DNA of 64,000 bases from a virus, in IMG/VR virus record IMGVR_UViG_3300037423_001503. One strand, written 5' to 3'. Positions 1 to 9,726 of the stretch are shown in pieces. The notes below the pieces were generated by a model. It saw only the letters and a program-made list of their open reading frames with translations. It made no database searches and had not been told where the DNA came from. Position 1 is the stretch's first letter; every line of letters starts with the position of its first letter. The position numbers and the translations under genes are program-made.

Positions 1-434
1 AGGATTCCGGTACCGGCATCGGCGACCTCTCCGTCTGGGGCACGCCGTGGGTTCCGGGTCTACCGCGATGGGCGTTCCACGGCACCGAGAGCGCGTTGGA
101 GGTACGCGCCGACTCGATCCCGCCCGACGTGGACATCCTGATCTCACACGGACCGCCCTATGGGTTATTGGACTTCGTCGCTCCGCAGTTCGGCTCTCTC
201 AATGTTGGCGATCGGACCTTGCGCGATCGGCTTGAGCGTGGTAGCCTGCGGCCCCGCGTCATGGTCTGCGGACACATCCACGAGCAGTACGGCGTCCACG
301 TCGTTCGGCATCCATCCTATGAGTTCACGACGACGATCATGAACGTATCCCACAACACTGAGAACTACGAGCCCATCAACGCCCCGATGGAGATCGTCGA
401 GTTCTCATACCTCGAACAGGAGAAAGCAGCTTGA
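1..434 (+). CDS. Calcineurin-like metallophosphoesterase, 5'-truncated by the window edge
   Basis: Frame is open from position 3 (DSGTGIGDLSVWGTPW...); contains DILISHGPPYG and VCGHIHE motifs. Confidence 0.85.
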   Translation, partial: DSGTGIGDLSVWGTPWVPGLPRWAFHGTESALEVRADSIPPDVDILISHGPPYGLLDFVAPQFGSLNVGDRTLRDRLERGSLRPRVMVCGHIHEQYGVHVVRHPSYEFTTTIMNVSHNTENYEPINAPMEIVEFSYLEQEKAA

Positions 435-874
435 CCGTCATCAAATGGTCCCCACCGATCTTCCCTAGTAACAACACGCTCACCGTCAAGCCGGCACCGA
501 ACGATGAGTGCCTCTTCGATCTCAGGGCGTCCGGACACGCCTACTCGAACCTCACCGCATCCGCAGCGGCCGAGATCATCGAGGCGCTCAACGAGGTCTT
601 CCCTGAGATCAGCGACCCCAACTACTACGTGACCCTGTACTGGCGTGACAGCCACAGGGCGGGCGTCAAGGCCGGCCAACAGGACGACATGTGCCTCGGA
701 CCCGACTATGCGTCGCATGAAGAAGCCGCGCTTGCGCGGCTGAAGCGACTCGCCTTCGTCGAGGATGGACACTTCACACGTCTCGAAGTCAAGCATCGAG
801 GACTCGTGAAGGTGTTCAATAACGTCTCGCGCCGGCCCGACTATGTCTACGCGGTCGAGGAGGTAGCAGCATGA
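431..874 (+). CDS. Hypothetical protein
   Basis: 147-aa ORF coupled by 4-nt overlaps to both neighbours; SD-like GGAGAAAG upstream. Confidence 0.6.
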   Translation: MTVIKWSPPIFPSNNTLTVKPAPNDECLFDLRASGHAYSNLTASAAAEIIEALNEVFPEISDPNYYVTLYWRDSHRAGVKAGQQDDMCLGPDYASHEEAALARLKRLAFVEDGHFTRLEVKHRGLVKVFNNVSRRPDYVYAVEEVAA

Positions 875-1323
875 GCAGCTACGACGACTGGGGTCGCAGC
901 CCCAGCCGAGACACACGGCGCGGCCTCGGCTACCTGCTCGCATGGGCTGTCGGCATCACTCTCATCGTGGGTGTGATCTCGGTCGGCGTGTGGGCGTTCG
1001 GCGTCAAGACCTCTGACATCAAGGGCCGCGGTGACGCCACCAAGATCCACAACTCGGCCACTAACCGCATCTTCGCGCAGCAGCACTTCGAGGACATGTA
1101 CGCCGAGATCAACGATCGCGACGTGCCGAACCTGAAGTCCGCTCGGGCGGCGCTGAAGCAGGCCCCTCACGATCAGGCGCGTCAGATAAACGTGACCGGC
1201 GTCCAGCAGATCTGCAACCAGGACGTCGCCGACTACAACGCCGCCGCGCGCAAGTTCCTTGAGCGCGACTTCAAGGCAGCCGATCTGCCGGCCCGCATCG
1301 ATCCCATCACCACCTGCGAGTAA
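871..1323 (+). CDS. Single-pass membrane protein
   Basis: N-terminal TM (LLAWAVGITLIVGVISVGVWAFGV) followed by a helical ectodomain; GGAGGT SD. Confidence 0.7.
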   Translation: MSSYDDWGRSPSRDTRRGLGYLLAWAVGITLIVGVISVGVWAFGVKTSDIKGRGDATKIHNSATNRIFAQQHFEDMYAEINDRDVPNLKSARAALKQAPHDQARQINVTGVQQICNQDVADYNAAARKFLERDFKAADLPARIDPITTCE

Positions 1324-1335
1324 CGAAAGGACAAT

Positions 1336-1902
1336 ATGTCTAAGATCCGCAACATCCTGAAGTACGCGACCGTCGCAGCGGTCGCCGTGCTCGTCGGCTG
1401 CGGCTTCGCCGCTGTCGCCGAGAAGCCCGGCTACCAGCAGCGCGACGAGGCGGTCTCCGACCGCATCGCCCAGGCGACCGAGTCCGCCATCCCCTACCCG
1501 GAGGCGCAGATGAAGGACTCGCTGGAGCGCCACCAGCTTCGTGACCGCCTCCTGCGCTTCAACAAGCCCGACAAGATCGGATACTTGTACGTCTTCGAGA
1601 TGGGCTCGCGTGAGCCGGTCGGCTACTACGTCGTCAAGGGCAAGATCTCGTCCGTTCAGTCTCAGATGACAAACCCGACGCAGACCTGGAACCACAATTG
1701 CTCGTCCGGTCAGGGCGCGTGCGCCTATCTGGGAGCAGCAGAGTCGATCGGTGACGACGGATCCTTCGGTCCCAACGAAGGCGGCGACCGAGGCGTCTTC
1801 TTCTTCGACTCCAAGGGCGCGCTGCACGAGACGGTCCAGGACTGGCACTACTCGGACGCCCCGATCGAGGTCTGGAAGGACGCCCCCAACCTGGGCTCGT
1901 GA
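1336..1902 (+). CDS. Secreted or lipoprotein-like protein
   Basis: Signal-like N-terminus (VAAVAVLVGC); GAAAGGA SD. Confidence 0.7.
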   Translation: MSKIRNILKYATVAAVAVLVGCGFAAVAEKPGYQQRDEAVSDRIAQATESAIPYPEAQMKDSLERHQLRDRLLRFNKPDKIGYLYVFEMGSREPVGYYVVKGKISSVQSQMTNPTQTWNHNCSSGQGACAYLGAAESIGDDGSFGPNEGGDRGVFFFDSKGALHETVQDWHYSDAPIEVWKDAPNLGS

Positions 1903-2156
1903 TGACGGAGTACAACGTCTACATCATCAACTACGCGCACGACAAGGAGTCGTTCACGCGTGTCAGACGCGTCTCCGGATCGCCATTTGAGGCCGCCCGT
2001 GACCGCTGTGACATGCTGACCTCGAACGCGAGCGGATTGAGTCATGCTGATCGATTTCCCGTGTTGGTGACATGGACCTCGGACGGCACGCCGCACGCTG
2101 AGTTGTTCGAACTCAATCGAGTCACCGAGCCCCGCTGGGAAGTCTCGTTGCCGTGA
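1899..2156 (+). CDS. Hypothetical protein
   Basis: ORF with GTGA overlap coupling. Confidence 0.55.
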   Translation: MMTEYNVYIINYAHDKESFTRVRRVSGSPFEAARDRCDMLTSNASGLSHADRFPVLVTWTSDGTPHAELFELNRVTEPRWEVSLP

Positions 2157-2551
2157 ACCACAACGACCCCTCCGCCGCCGAAGTCATGGCGGCGGAGGAA
2201 CTTCTAGAGCGTTTTTATGGGGAACCAGTTCGTCCTATCGGCGAGGTCTGTAATGTGCTCTTCGAATGGGGCCGGGTGTGCGCCGAGAACCACCAGATCC
2301 TCACTGACTACGAACTCAACTCTCAGGAGTACAGAACCGGCAGGGTCTACGCCGACCACTGGCTGCATCTGGCGTGCCACGCCGCGAAGTCCAACTTCTT
2401 GGCGCGCCGGCTCTACGGACGGGAACAACTACGAACAGTGAGATGCCCTCAGCATGCAGGAAGATGGAGCGGCCTCGATGACGGAACCTGTGAACACGGA
2501 TGTGGAAACACAGGCTGGCTACCAACAGACGGAGCACGTCCTTGCGTATGA
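2153..2551 (+). CDS. Hypothetical protein, Cys/His-rich C-terminus
   Basis: Coupled ORF; CPQH...CEHGC. Confidence 0.55.
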   Translation: MNHNDPSAAEVMAAEELLERFYGEPVRPIGEVCNVLFEWGRVCAENHQILTDYELNSQEYRTGRVYADHWLHLACHAAKSNFLARRLYGREQLRTVRCPQHAGRWSGLDDGTCEHGCGNTGWLPTDGARPCV

Positions 2552-2854
2552 GATCTTCGAGCGCTCCGGTCGGGCTGGTCTCGCCGTGTGGATCGCGTCG
2601 GCGGAGGACCCCCTGGAGCGCTCTCGGCGCAAGCACGCGGCCTTCATCTACATGTACGGATACCGAGGCGACGAATTGCGGCGGCTGTTCGCGAGACGTT
2701 TTGAGCAGTGACGTCGACTACGGCATCTGCGCCGACAATCGTGAAGTGGCTCCCACCGGCGGTCTACCCGTCCACTTGGACACGCTAACCGAGTGCTTTC
2801 ACTCATCAGTAACGTGGTTTGACAAGAACGGCGTCCAGGTCTACGGAGAACACC

Positions 2855-3079
2855 ATGTCTAATGTTGTGACCACATACGATGACAACCAGATCGAGATCG
2901 ACATTACGGCCGACGAGTGGGCGTTCGTGAACCTAGCCCGCAATCGTGACGGGTCGGTCATCATTCATGTCGACGACGGCGTGTCGGCAGACGAGGCCAG
3001 CGACGCTGAGGTCGTCGTTGACGCAAACTCTGCGCGTGCGATCGAGCGCTGGCTCAAGCAGAGCAGAAAGCAAGCATGA
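2855..3079 (+). CDS. Hypothetical protein
   Basis: GGAGAA SD then ATG at 2855 (MSNVVTTY). Confidence 0.55.
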   Translation: MSNVVTTYDDNQIEIDITADEWAFVNLARNRDGSVIIHVDDGVSADEASDAEVVVDANSARAIERWLKQSRKQA

Positions 3080-3178
3080 CCTGCCGACGCTGCCGCGTCA
3101 CTTGGCGTGCGCTCTGGCCGTGGTGTAACGGCCGTTGCCCGCAGCCTCGTCCCGGCGGTCGATGCGGCGAGGAACTTG

Positions 3179-3207
3179 TTGACAGCCACGGTAAACCCGT
3201 GTAGGCT
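3179..3207 (+). promoter_or_regulatory. SigA-type promoter, leaderless
   Basis: TTGACA-N17-TAGGCT-N6-ATG(3214). Confidence 0.7.
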
Positions 3208-3213
3208 ACCCAG

Positions 3214-3522
3214 ATGAGGCTCTGTCGAAACTGTGGTTACGAGTTCCGTCCCAGTGACTGCTTCGAGGCCGACGCCCACGACAGCCGTCTCGGACTCTGT
3301 ACGAACCAGAAGAAGTGCCGCCGCCGAGCCAGCACCGGTAAGTACAGCGGCAACCTAGAGCGACTGTTCCCTCCGACGATGGACGAGATGCTCGATTTCA
3401 TCGCCGATCGACTACGCGAAGACTGCGCAGTTGTACTCGATCACGCAGTCACCGACGAAGACCACCTCAAGACGATCTACGATCGCGCCAAGAGAGGCCG
3501 CCTTATGCGGTCCTGCTGGTGA
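3214..3522 (+). CDS. Hypothetical Zn-finger-like protein
   Basis: CRNC...CTNQKKC; leaderless start. Confidence 0.55.
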   Translation: MRLCRNCGYEFRPSDCFEADAHDSRLGLCTNQKKCRRRASTGKYSGNLERLFPPTMDEMLDFIADRLREDCAVVLDHAVTDEDHLKTIYDRAKRGRLMRSCW

Positions 3523-3890
3523 AACCGTCCCACTACTAGGAGGCAACGTCTTGCCCGCACAGCCCGGCGACACCGTCGTCGACTTCAATGCCCTGCTCTC
3601 TCTGAAGGATCAACATACCATCACCAACGCCGCCACTGAGGCCTACGCGGGCAACCACGTCGCGGCCGAGCGCCATCGTTGCTACGCCGGCTACGACATC
3701 GGGCGACTTGATGATGAGCGCATGGAGGGCCGCTGATGTTCGCTGCGATCGTTGAGCACGCCGCGCTCGGGACTGTCTTCGCCGGCACCGGCGCATGCCT
3801 GCGAGGCCAGTGTGACCACCTCCACCACAAGCTCCTGCTAGGCGCCGCCGCCGTGATCATCGAGGCCGTCGTCATGGTCTCGACGATCGG

Positions 3891-4148
3891 ATGATCAACG
3901 CGCTCAAGGGCTTCGGCTTCATTGCGGTCCTGGTCGCTGTCGTGATGCTGGTCGGCTATCTCGGATCGTTGCCGTCTCCGGCCTCAACGCCCCAGCCGCG
4001 CGAGCGTCTAAGTCAGGTTGGCGCGATTGAGGCTCTGCGGAAGATCTGCCGCCCGCATGGTGGACTTCGCTCGGTGTCCTCGTCGCCCGGCGAGGTGTCA
4101 GCCGAGTGCCGCTCCGGGTTGGTTGTCAAGCTGGGGGTTTCGCGATAG
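3891..4148 (+). CDS. Small membrane-anchored protein
   Basis: N-terminal TM; Cys pair. Confidence 0.55.
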   Translation: MINALKGFGFIAVLVAVVMLVGYLGSLPSPASTPQPRERLSQVGAIEALRKICRPHGGLRSVSSSPGEVSAECRSGLVVKLGVSR

Positions 4149-4157
4149 GATCGAGCG

Positions 4158-4385
4158 ATGGACGAGTTCGTCTTCGACGCTTGGAAATTTGAGAAAGTGT
4201 GGCTGCCGGCGTTGCTGTCGGAGGCGTTCTCGATCTCGCGCAACCAGGCACGAAAGATCATTGAGCAGCGCGGCCTGCGCATCGACGGCAAGGTGTGGGA
4301 GTTCATGGACTGCGGCGTCATCGACATCGATGGCCGCGTAGTCCAGATCGGTAAGAAGCGCTTCATCAGACCGAGGTACACATGA
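4158..4385 (+). CDS. Stand-alone S4 RNA-binding domain resembling the TyrRS C-terminal domain
   Basis: LPALLSEAFSISRNQARKIIEQRGLRIDG...VVQIGKKRF matches the TyrRS S4 pattern SxSEARRLIxQGGVxxDG...LQxGKRxF. Confidence 0.75.
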   Translation: MDEFVFDAWKFEKVWLPALLSEAFSISRNQARKIIEQRGLRIDGKVWEFMDCGVIDIDGRVVQIGKKRFIRPRYT

Positions 4386-4750
4386 ACCAGAACAACCTCA
4401 TTTGGCTGGTCTCCATCCTCATCGCTGGCGTCGCCTTGTCCTTCCGCTTCGGTCCAGACAAACCCAAGGACGTGGTCCACACCAAGACCGTTACGGTGAC
4501 GACTGTCCGTCAGTCGCCGCCTGAGCCCTCGCTGAGGGACTGTGTTGGCTGTATGACCGCGTTGGAGTTTGACACCATCCACGCCGGTATGACGTGGGAC
4601 GCACTGGATGCCCAGTTCGGCGATCCGACCGGCAACATCCTGAACGACCACAAGGAGTTCTACCCGGCCGTTGGCGGCGGTACCTATTGGGTGTTCTTGG
4701 ACAAGAACGATCACGTAACCGGTAAGGAGTTCAAGGGTGCTGACTCCTGA
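4382..4750 (+). CDS. Membrane-anchored SmpA/BamE/BLIP-like domain protein
   Basis: TM segment, then EFDTIHAGMTWDALDAQFGDP motif. Confidence 0.55.
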   Translation: MNQNNLIWLVSILIAGVALSFRFGPDKPKDVVHTKTVTVTTVRQSPPEPSLRDCVGCMTALEFDTIHAGMTWDALDAQFGDPTGNILNDHKEFYPAVGGGTYWVFLDKNDHVTGKEFKGADS

Positions 4751-4811
4751 ACCAAGGATCGAAGACTTCATCGAGTTTGACATCGACGATCTCATCGACT
4801 AGGCTCGCAGT

Positions 4812-5024
4812 GTGCCGAACTACTACCGAACCCGTGACGAGGCCCGCAGAGAAGCGGCGCGCCGTAACGCCCGTGCAGCGGCCGATATGCTGCTGAGGTT
4901 CGCTCCGGTCCCGAATCCGGGCGAGACCGCAGTCGATCTCGCTCATCGCGCCAGAGGCGAGAACTGGAAGCTCATTGCGCTCCGTCCGACGCGGCAGCTT
5001 CCCAGAGGCTTGCGGCCGTCGTGA
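4812..5024 (+). CDS. Hypothetical basic protein
   Basis: ORF in the co-oriented gene string. Confidence 0.45.
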   Translation: MPNYYRTRDEARREAARRNARAAADMLLRFAPVPNPGETAVDLAHRARGENWKLIALRPTRQLPRGLRPS

Positions 5025-5172
5025 GGACCATCAGGTTAGGGCCGCTCGTCCTAGGAGCAGCCGCCGAGCCACGTAACTGGCAGTGCTTCAACTGCGGCCG
5101 GCGGTGGACGTTTTCAGAACTCACAGAGCGCGGCCTCAGCCCCTGCTGTGTCTACATCGCCAAGAGGAACCC

Positions 5173-5823
5173 ATGAAGGCCAACGAGGTCGACAACTACA
5201 TCAACTCATCGACACCGGTCTCGGTGTGGATCAAGCCGACCGCGTGGAGCACGACGAAGCGCGAGATCAAGGCCATCCCCTTGGCGCGTGACGGCCGACG
5301 CGTCCATGTGCGGCTCGTTGAACAGGAGATCCCCAACGATCTCCACAGCGGCAAGACCGCAACGCTCATAGAGCGTGAGGAGTGGGTGTCGACGAACGCC
5401 GTCTGGTCTGATTGGGCGTCGGTGGAGGAGAACCGCGCACGCAAGGCCGTAGAACGCGAGGAAGAGCGTCAGCGCTGGCTTGTCGAGTACGCGGCCGAGA
5501 AGGCAGCCAAGCGCGCCCGCGTGGAGGAGTGGTCACGTCCGCTCCGCGGCATCGAGGTCACCAAGGATGTCGACACTCCGAACTGGCCGAGCCGCCGCTG
5601 GGATGACTTCACCTGTGATCTCGCCGAGTTGCTCGTCGACTGCTTCGAGGACTCCAAGACCATCACTGTCCGCGAGCCGCTGCTGGAGAAGATCGCCAAC
5701 GTGGTCGGTGCGTTTCGTGATGAGATTGAGGAACTCAACGATCGAGCGCTTGATCTCCAGCAGGCCGCCAATCGCGCCGCGATCGATGCGCAGTTCTGGG
5801 CCGACGAGGCGTGCGGAGAGTGA
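5173..5823 (+). CDS. Hypothetical protein with a coiled coil
   Basis: GAGGAA SD then ATG at 5173 (MKANEVD). Confidence 0.65.
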   Translation: MKANEVDNYINSSTPVSVWIKPTAWSTTKREIKAIPLARDGRRVHVRLVEQEIPNDLHSGKTATLIEREEWVSTNAVWSDWASVEENRARKAVEREEERQRWLVEYAAEKAAKRARVEEWSRPLRGIEVTKDVDTPNWPSRRWDDFTCDLAELLVDCFEDSKTITVREPLLEKIANVVGAFRDEIEELNDRALDLQQAANRAAIDAQFWADEACGE

Positions 5824-6024
5824 GACTCGACCACGTCGCGCAGGCTTTGGAGCGCGCGTTCTCGATCTATGACGAGTACATCGAGCGCGGCTCGTCGCGC
5901 TCCAGCGCAGCAACCCTAACAGCCCAGCGGATCAACGTCGACCGCTACAAGCTGGTCGCGTTGTTGAACGATCGTGACGCAGGCATCATTGGAGGTTCAG
6001 GTAGTCAGATCACACGGTGCGTTG

Positions 6025-6053
6025 TTGACGCTCGCGCCGCTGCTTGATACGCT
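6025..6053 (+). promoter_or_regulatory. SigA-type promoter, leaderless
   Basis: TTGACG-N17-TACGCT-N6-GTG(6060). Confidence 0.6.
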
Positions 6054-6059
6054 CAACGT

Positions 6060-6242
6060 GTGAAGCGACCGCCGCGCCGCAATCGTGAGCTTGATGACTA
6101 TCGGAGTCCCTCCGAGGTCACGCTGCGCGCGCTTCAACATCCAGGGGCTGGCCGGCATCGTCGTTCTCGTGAGGATGAGAATCGACGCCGTGGCCGCCTC
6201 AGCGGCGCTGAGAGACGCCGCATCATGTCCGACCTAGACTGA
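6060..6242 (+). CDS. Small Arg-rich protein
   Basis: Leaderless start behind the 6025 promoter. Confidence 0.5.
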   Translation: MKRPPRRNRELDDYRSPSEVTLRALQHPGAGRHRRSREDENRRRGRLSGAERRRIMSDLD

Positions 6243-6255
6243 AAGGATCGCCTAG

Positions 6256-6495
6256 ATGGCGAACGTAATCGTGATCACGGCCAGTGATGGCGACGTGAGA
6301 ATCGAGAAGATGCCGGAATCCACACTGCTGTCGCGCCTCGAAGAGCAGCACTACGGGGCGTATCCTATCTTCCTCGATGAGGTCAACGCAGCCTCCGACC
6401 CCAACTACTGGTCGGAGGGATCGGTTCTCGTCATCAAGGGTGACATCGCGAAGCCGCGCGCGATTCAGCACGTGACGAGGTACTCGCTCTCGTGA
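6256..6495 (+). CDS. Hypothetical protein
   Basis: GAAAGGA SD. Confidence 0.6.
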   Translation: MANVIVITASDGDVRIEKMPESTLLSRLEEQHYGAYPIFLDEVNAASDPNYWSEGSVLVIKGDIAKPRAIQHVTRYSLS

Positions 6496-6728
6496 GCGAC
6501 GCACCTAAGGGTCTGCGTTTTGAGGTATTCGGCGAGTACTACGACGCGCCGCCGAAGAACGCCCGTAACATTGGCTTCGGCTTCCGTTGGCGTCTCGTCG
6601 GCGCTGACGGCGAGGTCGCTGTCTCGCCTGAGCACTTCACGACCGTCGAGGAGGCACGTTCTCATATCGCAGCCAACCGAGGCCGCCTGAAGGCTGCTTC
6701 GCGCTCGAAGGTCTACGACGTTGCCTGA
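6492..6728 (+). CDS. DUF1508/YegP-like protein
   Basis: FRWRLVGADGEVAVSPEHFTTVEEARSHI fits the YegP-like WRLxxxNGExxxxSExY pattern. Confidence 0.6.
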   Translation: MSDAPKGLRFEVFGEYYDAPPKNARNIGFGFRWRLVGADGEVAVSPEHFTTVEEARSHIAANRGRLKAASRSKVYDVA

Positions 6729-7179
6729 GTTCAAGGGAACCCTCGGCGACGCCATCGCGATTGCCGCAGAAGTTCATCGCGATCAACTCGATAAGGCCGA
6801 TGAGGTATACATCCTACACCCACTCGAAGTGATGCGCGCCGTCGCACCAGACCGCGACGCCATGATCGTAGCGGTCATGCACGACGTGCTCGAAGACTGC
6901 GCTGCGGCGAAGCTCCTCGGCGTGCGCTACATCATCACGCGTCTGTTTCCTCCGCACATCTTGGAGGCACTTGAGGCGCTGACGAAGCAGCCTGGCGAAA
7001 CCTACGAAGAGGCGATCGAACGCGCAGCAGCCAACTACCTGGCCCGCAAGGTCAAGATCTCCGACCTAACCCACAATCTCGACCCGCGCCGCATTCCGGC
7101 GTATCAGATCGTGGACAAGGACTTCGTACGGTGGGATAAATATCGCCGTGCTTTGATCCGATTGGAGCGCGAGCACTGA
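6721..7179 (+). CDS. HD-domain hydrolase, RelA/SpoT small alarmone hydrolase-like
   Basis: AIAIAAEVHRDQLDK...YILHPLEV...AVMHDVLED...VKISDLTHN. Confidence 0.8.
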   Translation: MPEFKGTLGDAIAIAAEVHRDQLDKADEVYILHPLEVMRAVAPDRDAMIVAVMHDVLEDCAAAKLLGVRYIITRLFPPHILEALEALTKQPGETYEEAIERAAANYLARKVKISDLTHNLDPRRIPAYQIVDKDFVRWDKYRRALIRLEREH

Positions 7180-7370
7180 TGGACTTCTCGGACATGGAGA
7201 AGATGAAGCATTCCAGGAACCCCAACACGTGCGCGTTGTGGTTGGCGTTGACGGCCCTGGAGGAGATTGCCGACGAGCTTCCCGGCCGCGAGCCGGGTAG
7301 TCACGCACGTAAGACGGTCGATCAGATCACCCGTTACCTCGATCAACACCGACAGGCCTTCGAGGCCTAA
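7179..7370 (+). CDS. Hypothetical protein
   Basis: TGATG coupling. Confidence 0.5.
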   Translation: MDFSDMEKMKHSRNPNTCALWLALTALEEIADELPGREPGSHARKTVDQITRYLDQHRQAFEA

Positions 7371-7384
7371 GAAAGGACTTAGTT

Positions 7385-7996
7385 ATGGGTTCTGCTCTTA
7401 TCGTCGTTGACGCACAGTACGACTTCCTTCCTGGAGGCGCGCTTGGTGTCGAGGGCGGCTTCGACATCATCGAGCCGATCATCGAGTTCGGTCACAGCGA
7501 ACTCGTCGACCTTGTCGTCTTCACCAAGGACTGGCACAGCCCCAACCACATCGGTCATCGACGCGCCGCAGGAGGAGCAGAGCCTACCTTCACTGATGGT
7601 GATTGGCCCGTGCACTGCGTGGCTGGACTACAGGGATCTCTGATCGCCGACGAGCTACTCCTAGCGTTCAACGACGCGCCGATCTTCTACAAGGGCACCG
7701 ACGACGACGTAGAGGAGTACTCGGCCTTCGCCGGCCGGCTCGATCAAGGGGGCGTCAAGCTCGACCGCTACCTCAGCAGCGAAGGCATCAACAATCTCTA
7801 CGTTGCTGGGCTCGCGTTCGATTTCTGCGTCGGTGAGACCGCCTTTGATGCCTTCGGCCTCGGCTACGAGACGACGGTGCTGGCTGACGCGACCCGTGCC
7901 GTGTCATTCGTCGGTGGGATCGAGACGGCGGCCAAGATGGGCCGCTACCAAGGTAACGGTCTGGAGGTCGACACAGTTGACCGTCTTTTGGCTTGA
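7385..7996 (+). CDS. pncA: Nicotinamidase (isochorismatase family)
   Basis: ALIVVDAQYDF, DWH, WPVHCV, KG..., GLAFDFCV: D-K-C catalytic triad plus metal ligands. Confidence 0.9.
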   Translation: MGSALIVVDAQYDFLPGGALGVEGGFDIIEPIIEFGHSELVDLVVFTKDWHSPNHIGHRRAAGGAEPTFTDGDWPVHCVAGLQGSLIADELLLAFNDAPIFYKGTDDDVEEYSAFAGRLDQGGVKLDRYLSSEGINNLYVAGLAFDFCVGETAFDAFGLGYETTVLADATRAVSFVGGIETAAKMGRYQGNGLEVDTVDRLLA

Positions 7997-8020
7997 CATC
8001 TAGGCAGTCTTCGCTAGACT
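7993..8020 (+). promoter_or_regulatory. SigA-type promoter
   Basis: TTGACA-N16-TAGACT. Confidence 0.55.
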
Positions 8021-8848
8021 TCTAGATGGTTGACAGCCCGCGACGAACGGCCGCGACCTCCAGGTAAGGAGCGAGGGGAGCGCGACATGGGACCAATTGA
8101 GCAGCACATCCCTAGCGCGGAGAAAAACACAACCTGCTCGCCGTCGTCGTTGTAGAAAGGAACCCCAGTGATCGACACATCCAAGCTGACCAACCGCGAG
8201 CGGATCTGCCTGATCGACAAGTTGGCCGCTGAGATCGAATGGACGCTACCGCCGGGCGGCATCTTCACGACTCGTACGATCTCTGATGAGAAGGTCTCTC
8301 AGGCCATGTTCAACATTCGCCATAGCGCAGGCGAGGCGCTGAGCCGCATCTGATGGCTGCCCAAGAGCACCCAGCGGCACGCGCCGCCCGTCTTGAGGAG
8401 GCCCTGCGCTCGATCAGAGACATCCAAGAGGCGCTACCTACGTGGGTGCGGGTCAAGGAACTCAACAACTCCAACTCTGCTATCGCACGAATCGTCAATC
8501 GGGCTTTGCTCGACACGAGCGGCGGCTCCGATGCGTAGATGGCTCGCCGGCTGCCTCGCGGCGCTGTTCCTGCGTCCTGCATCGACGGTTCCGCTTGACG
8601 TGATCGAGCACGGCGACGAAGACGTTGACGAGATGTGGCGTCGTGCGCTAATTCGTGGGCGCCTCCAGCCGGAGGCCTCACCGGTGGATCCGGAGGCCAA
8701 TCGCGAGGCCTTGATCGCCGTCGCGCCGGAAGAGTTCTGGCGTGATATTGAGCGCTCAGTACGGTGACCGAGCTACGAAAGTATACGACTTTGCCCTCCG
8801 TTGAGGGGTAAAGTCCACCAATTTACATCACCACGCGGAAAGGAATCC

Positions 8849-9133
8849 ATGTCGTTGACCGACAAGGCAGCCCGTGAGCTTGCCACACAGGTTGTGAAGG
8901 ACAACAGGAGCGCCCGGGTCAAGTTCGGCCGCACCAACGGGGAGGCGCGCCTGCATGTCATCGTCCCGGCCTCGGAGGCCCCGGAGGGTGAGCCCACACT
9001 GGCCTCATTCACTCTGCGCAGCGCCGCCGATTGGTCTGCGTGTCCGTTGAATCAGCGCTTTACGCGCAACAAGGACTTCGCCGAGCAGCAGCCCACCGAG
9101 GCCTTGATGGCCGCGAACGGACGTAAGCGCTAA
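8849..9133 (+). CDS. Hypothetical protein
   Basis: GAAAGGA SD, ATG at 8849. Confidence 0.6.
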   Translation: MSLTDKAARELATQVVKDNRSARVKFGRTNGEARLHVIVPASEAPEGEPTLASFTLRSAADWSACPLNQRFTRNKDFAEQQPTEALMAANGRKR

Positions 9134-9351
9134 TGGCCGAGGCCTGCGTCGCGCTCGAACTTGATCATGATGAGGCCGTCGCGGTTGCGTCAGTGCTTGG
9201 CCGCGTCGGCTACGACGCGCTTGTCGAGGAGGCCGGCGAAACCGAGGCTGCCATCTATGCCGCCTACACGGCCTTGCGCGCTGTGACGCCAGATCCTCAG
9301 CGTTCGCTGACGCGACGTAACATCCCCCGGCTGACTAACGCGTTCGACTGA
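9133..9351 (+). CDS. Hypothetical protein
   Basis: TAATG coupling. Confidence 0.55.
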   Translation: MAEACVALELDHDEAVAVASVLGRVGYDALVEEAGETEAAIYAAYTALRAVTPDPQRSLTRRNIPRLTNAFD

Positions 9352-9630
9352 TGCGCCACAGAATCATCCAGATCATTGCTGTTCTGATCATGGTGGCGGC
9401 CTTCCTCATCGTCGCCGGAACCGGCGTCTACACCGCAATCCACTAAGTATGACTGAGTACGTCGAGTACTCGTCAGCGGACGTAAACCTCACCGCCGCCC
9501 TGAGCGTAGCCCTACACGGCGATCCGCGAGACGAACAACGTCTGCGCCGTCCGTCGGTGCGCCTTTGGCGGTGCTGGTTCTGTAAGAGCAACAGAGACGG
9601 CCACGTGCGATGTGGCTGTCTACCCGATTG

Positions 9631-9726
9631 CTAGCTTACTAGCGCTGCAAGTGCTTCAAGAGCGCACACGACGGCCAAGTAGATGGCTAGCGGCCGATGG
9701 CTCTTGAGGTAGCTCTTCTTGATCAT
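9631..9726 (-). CDS. 31-aa single-TM peptide
   Basis: MIKKSYLKSHRPLAIYLAVVCALEALAALVS; ATGA overlap with the 9723-9893 ORF. Confidence 0.45.
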   Translation of the reverse strand: MIKKSYLKSHRPLAIYLAVVCALEALAALVS

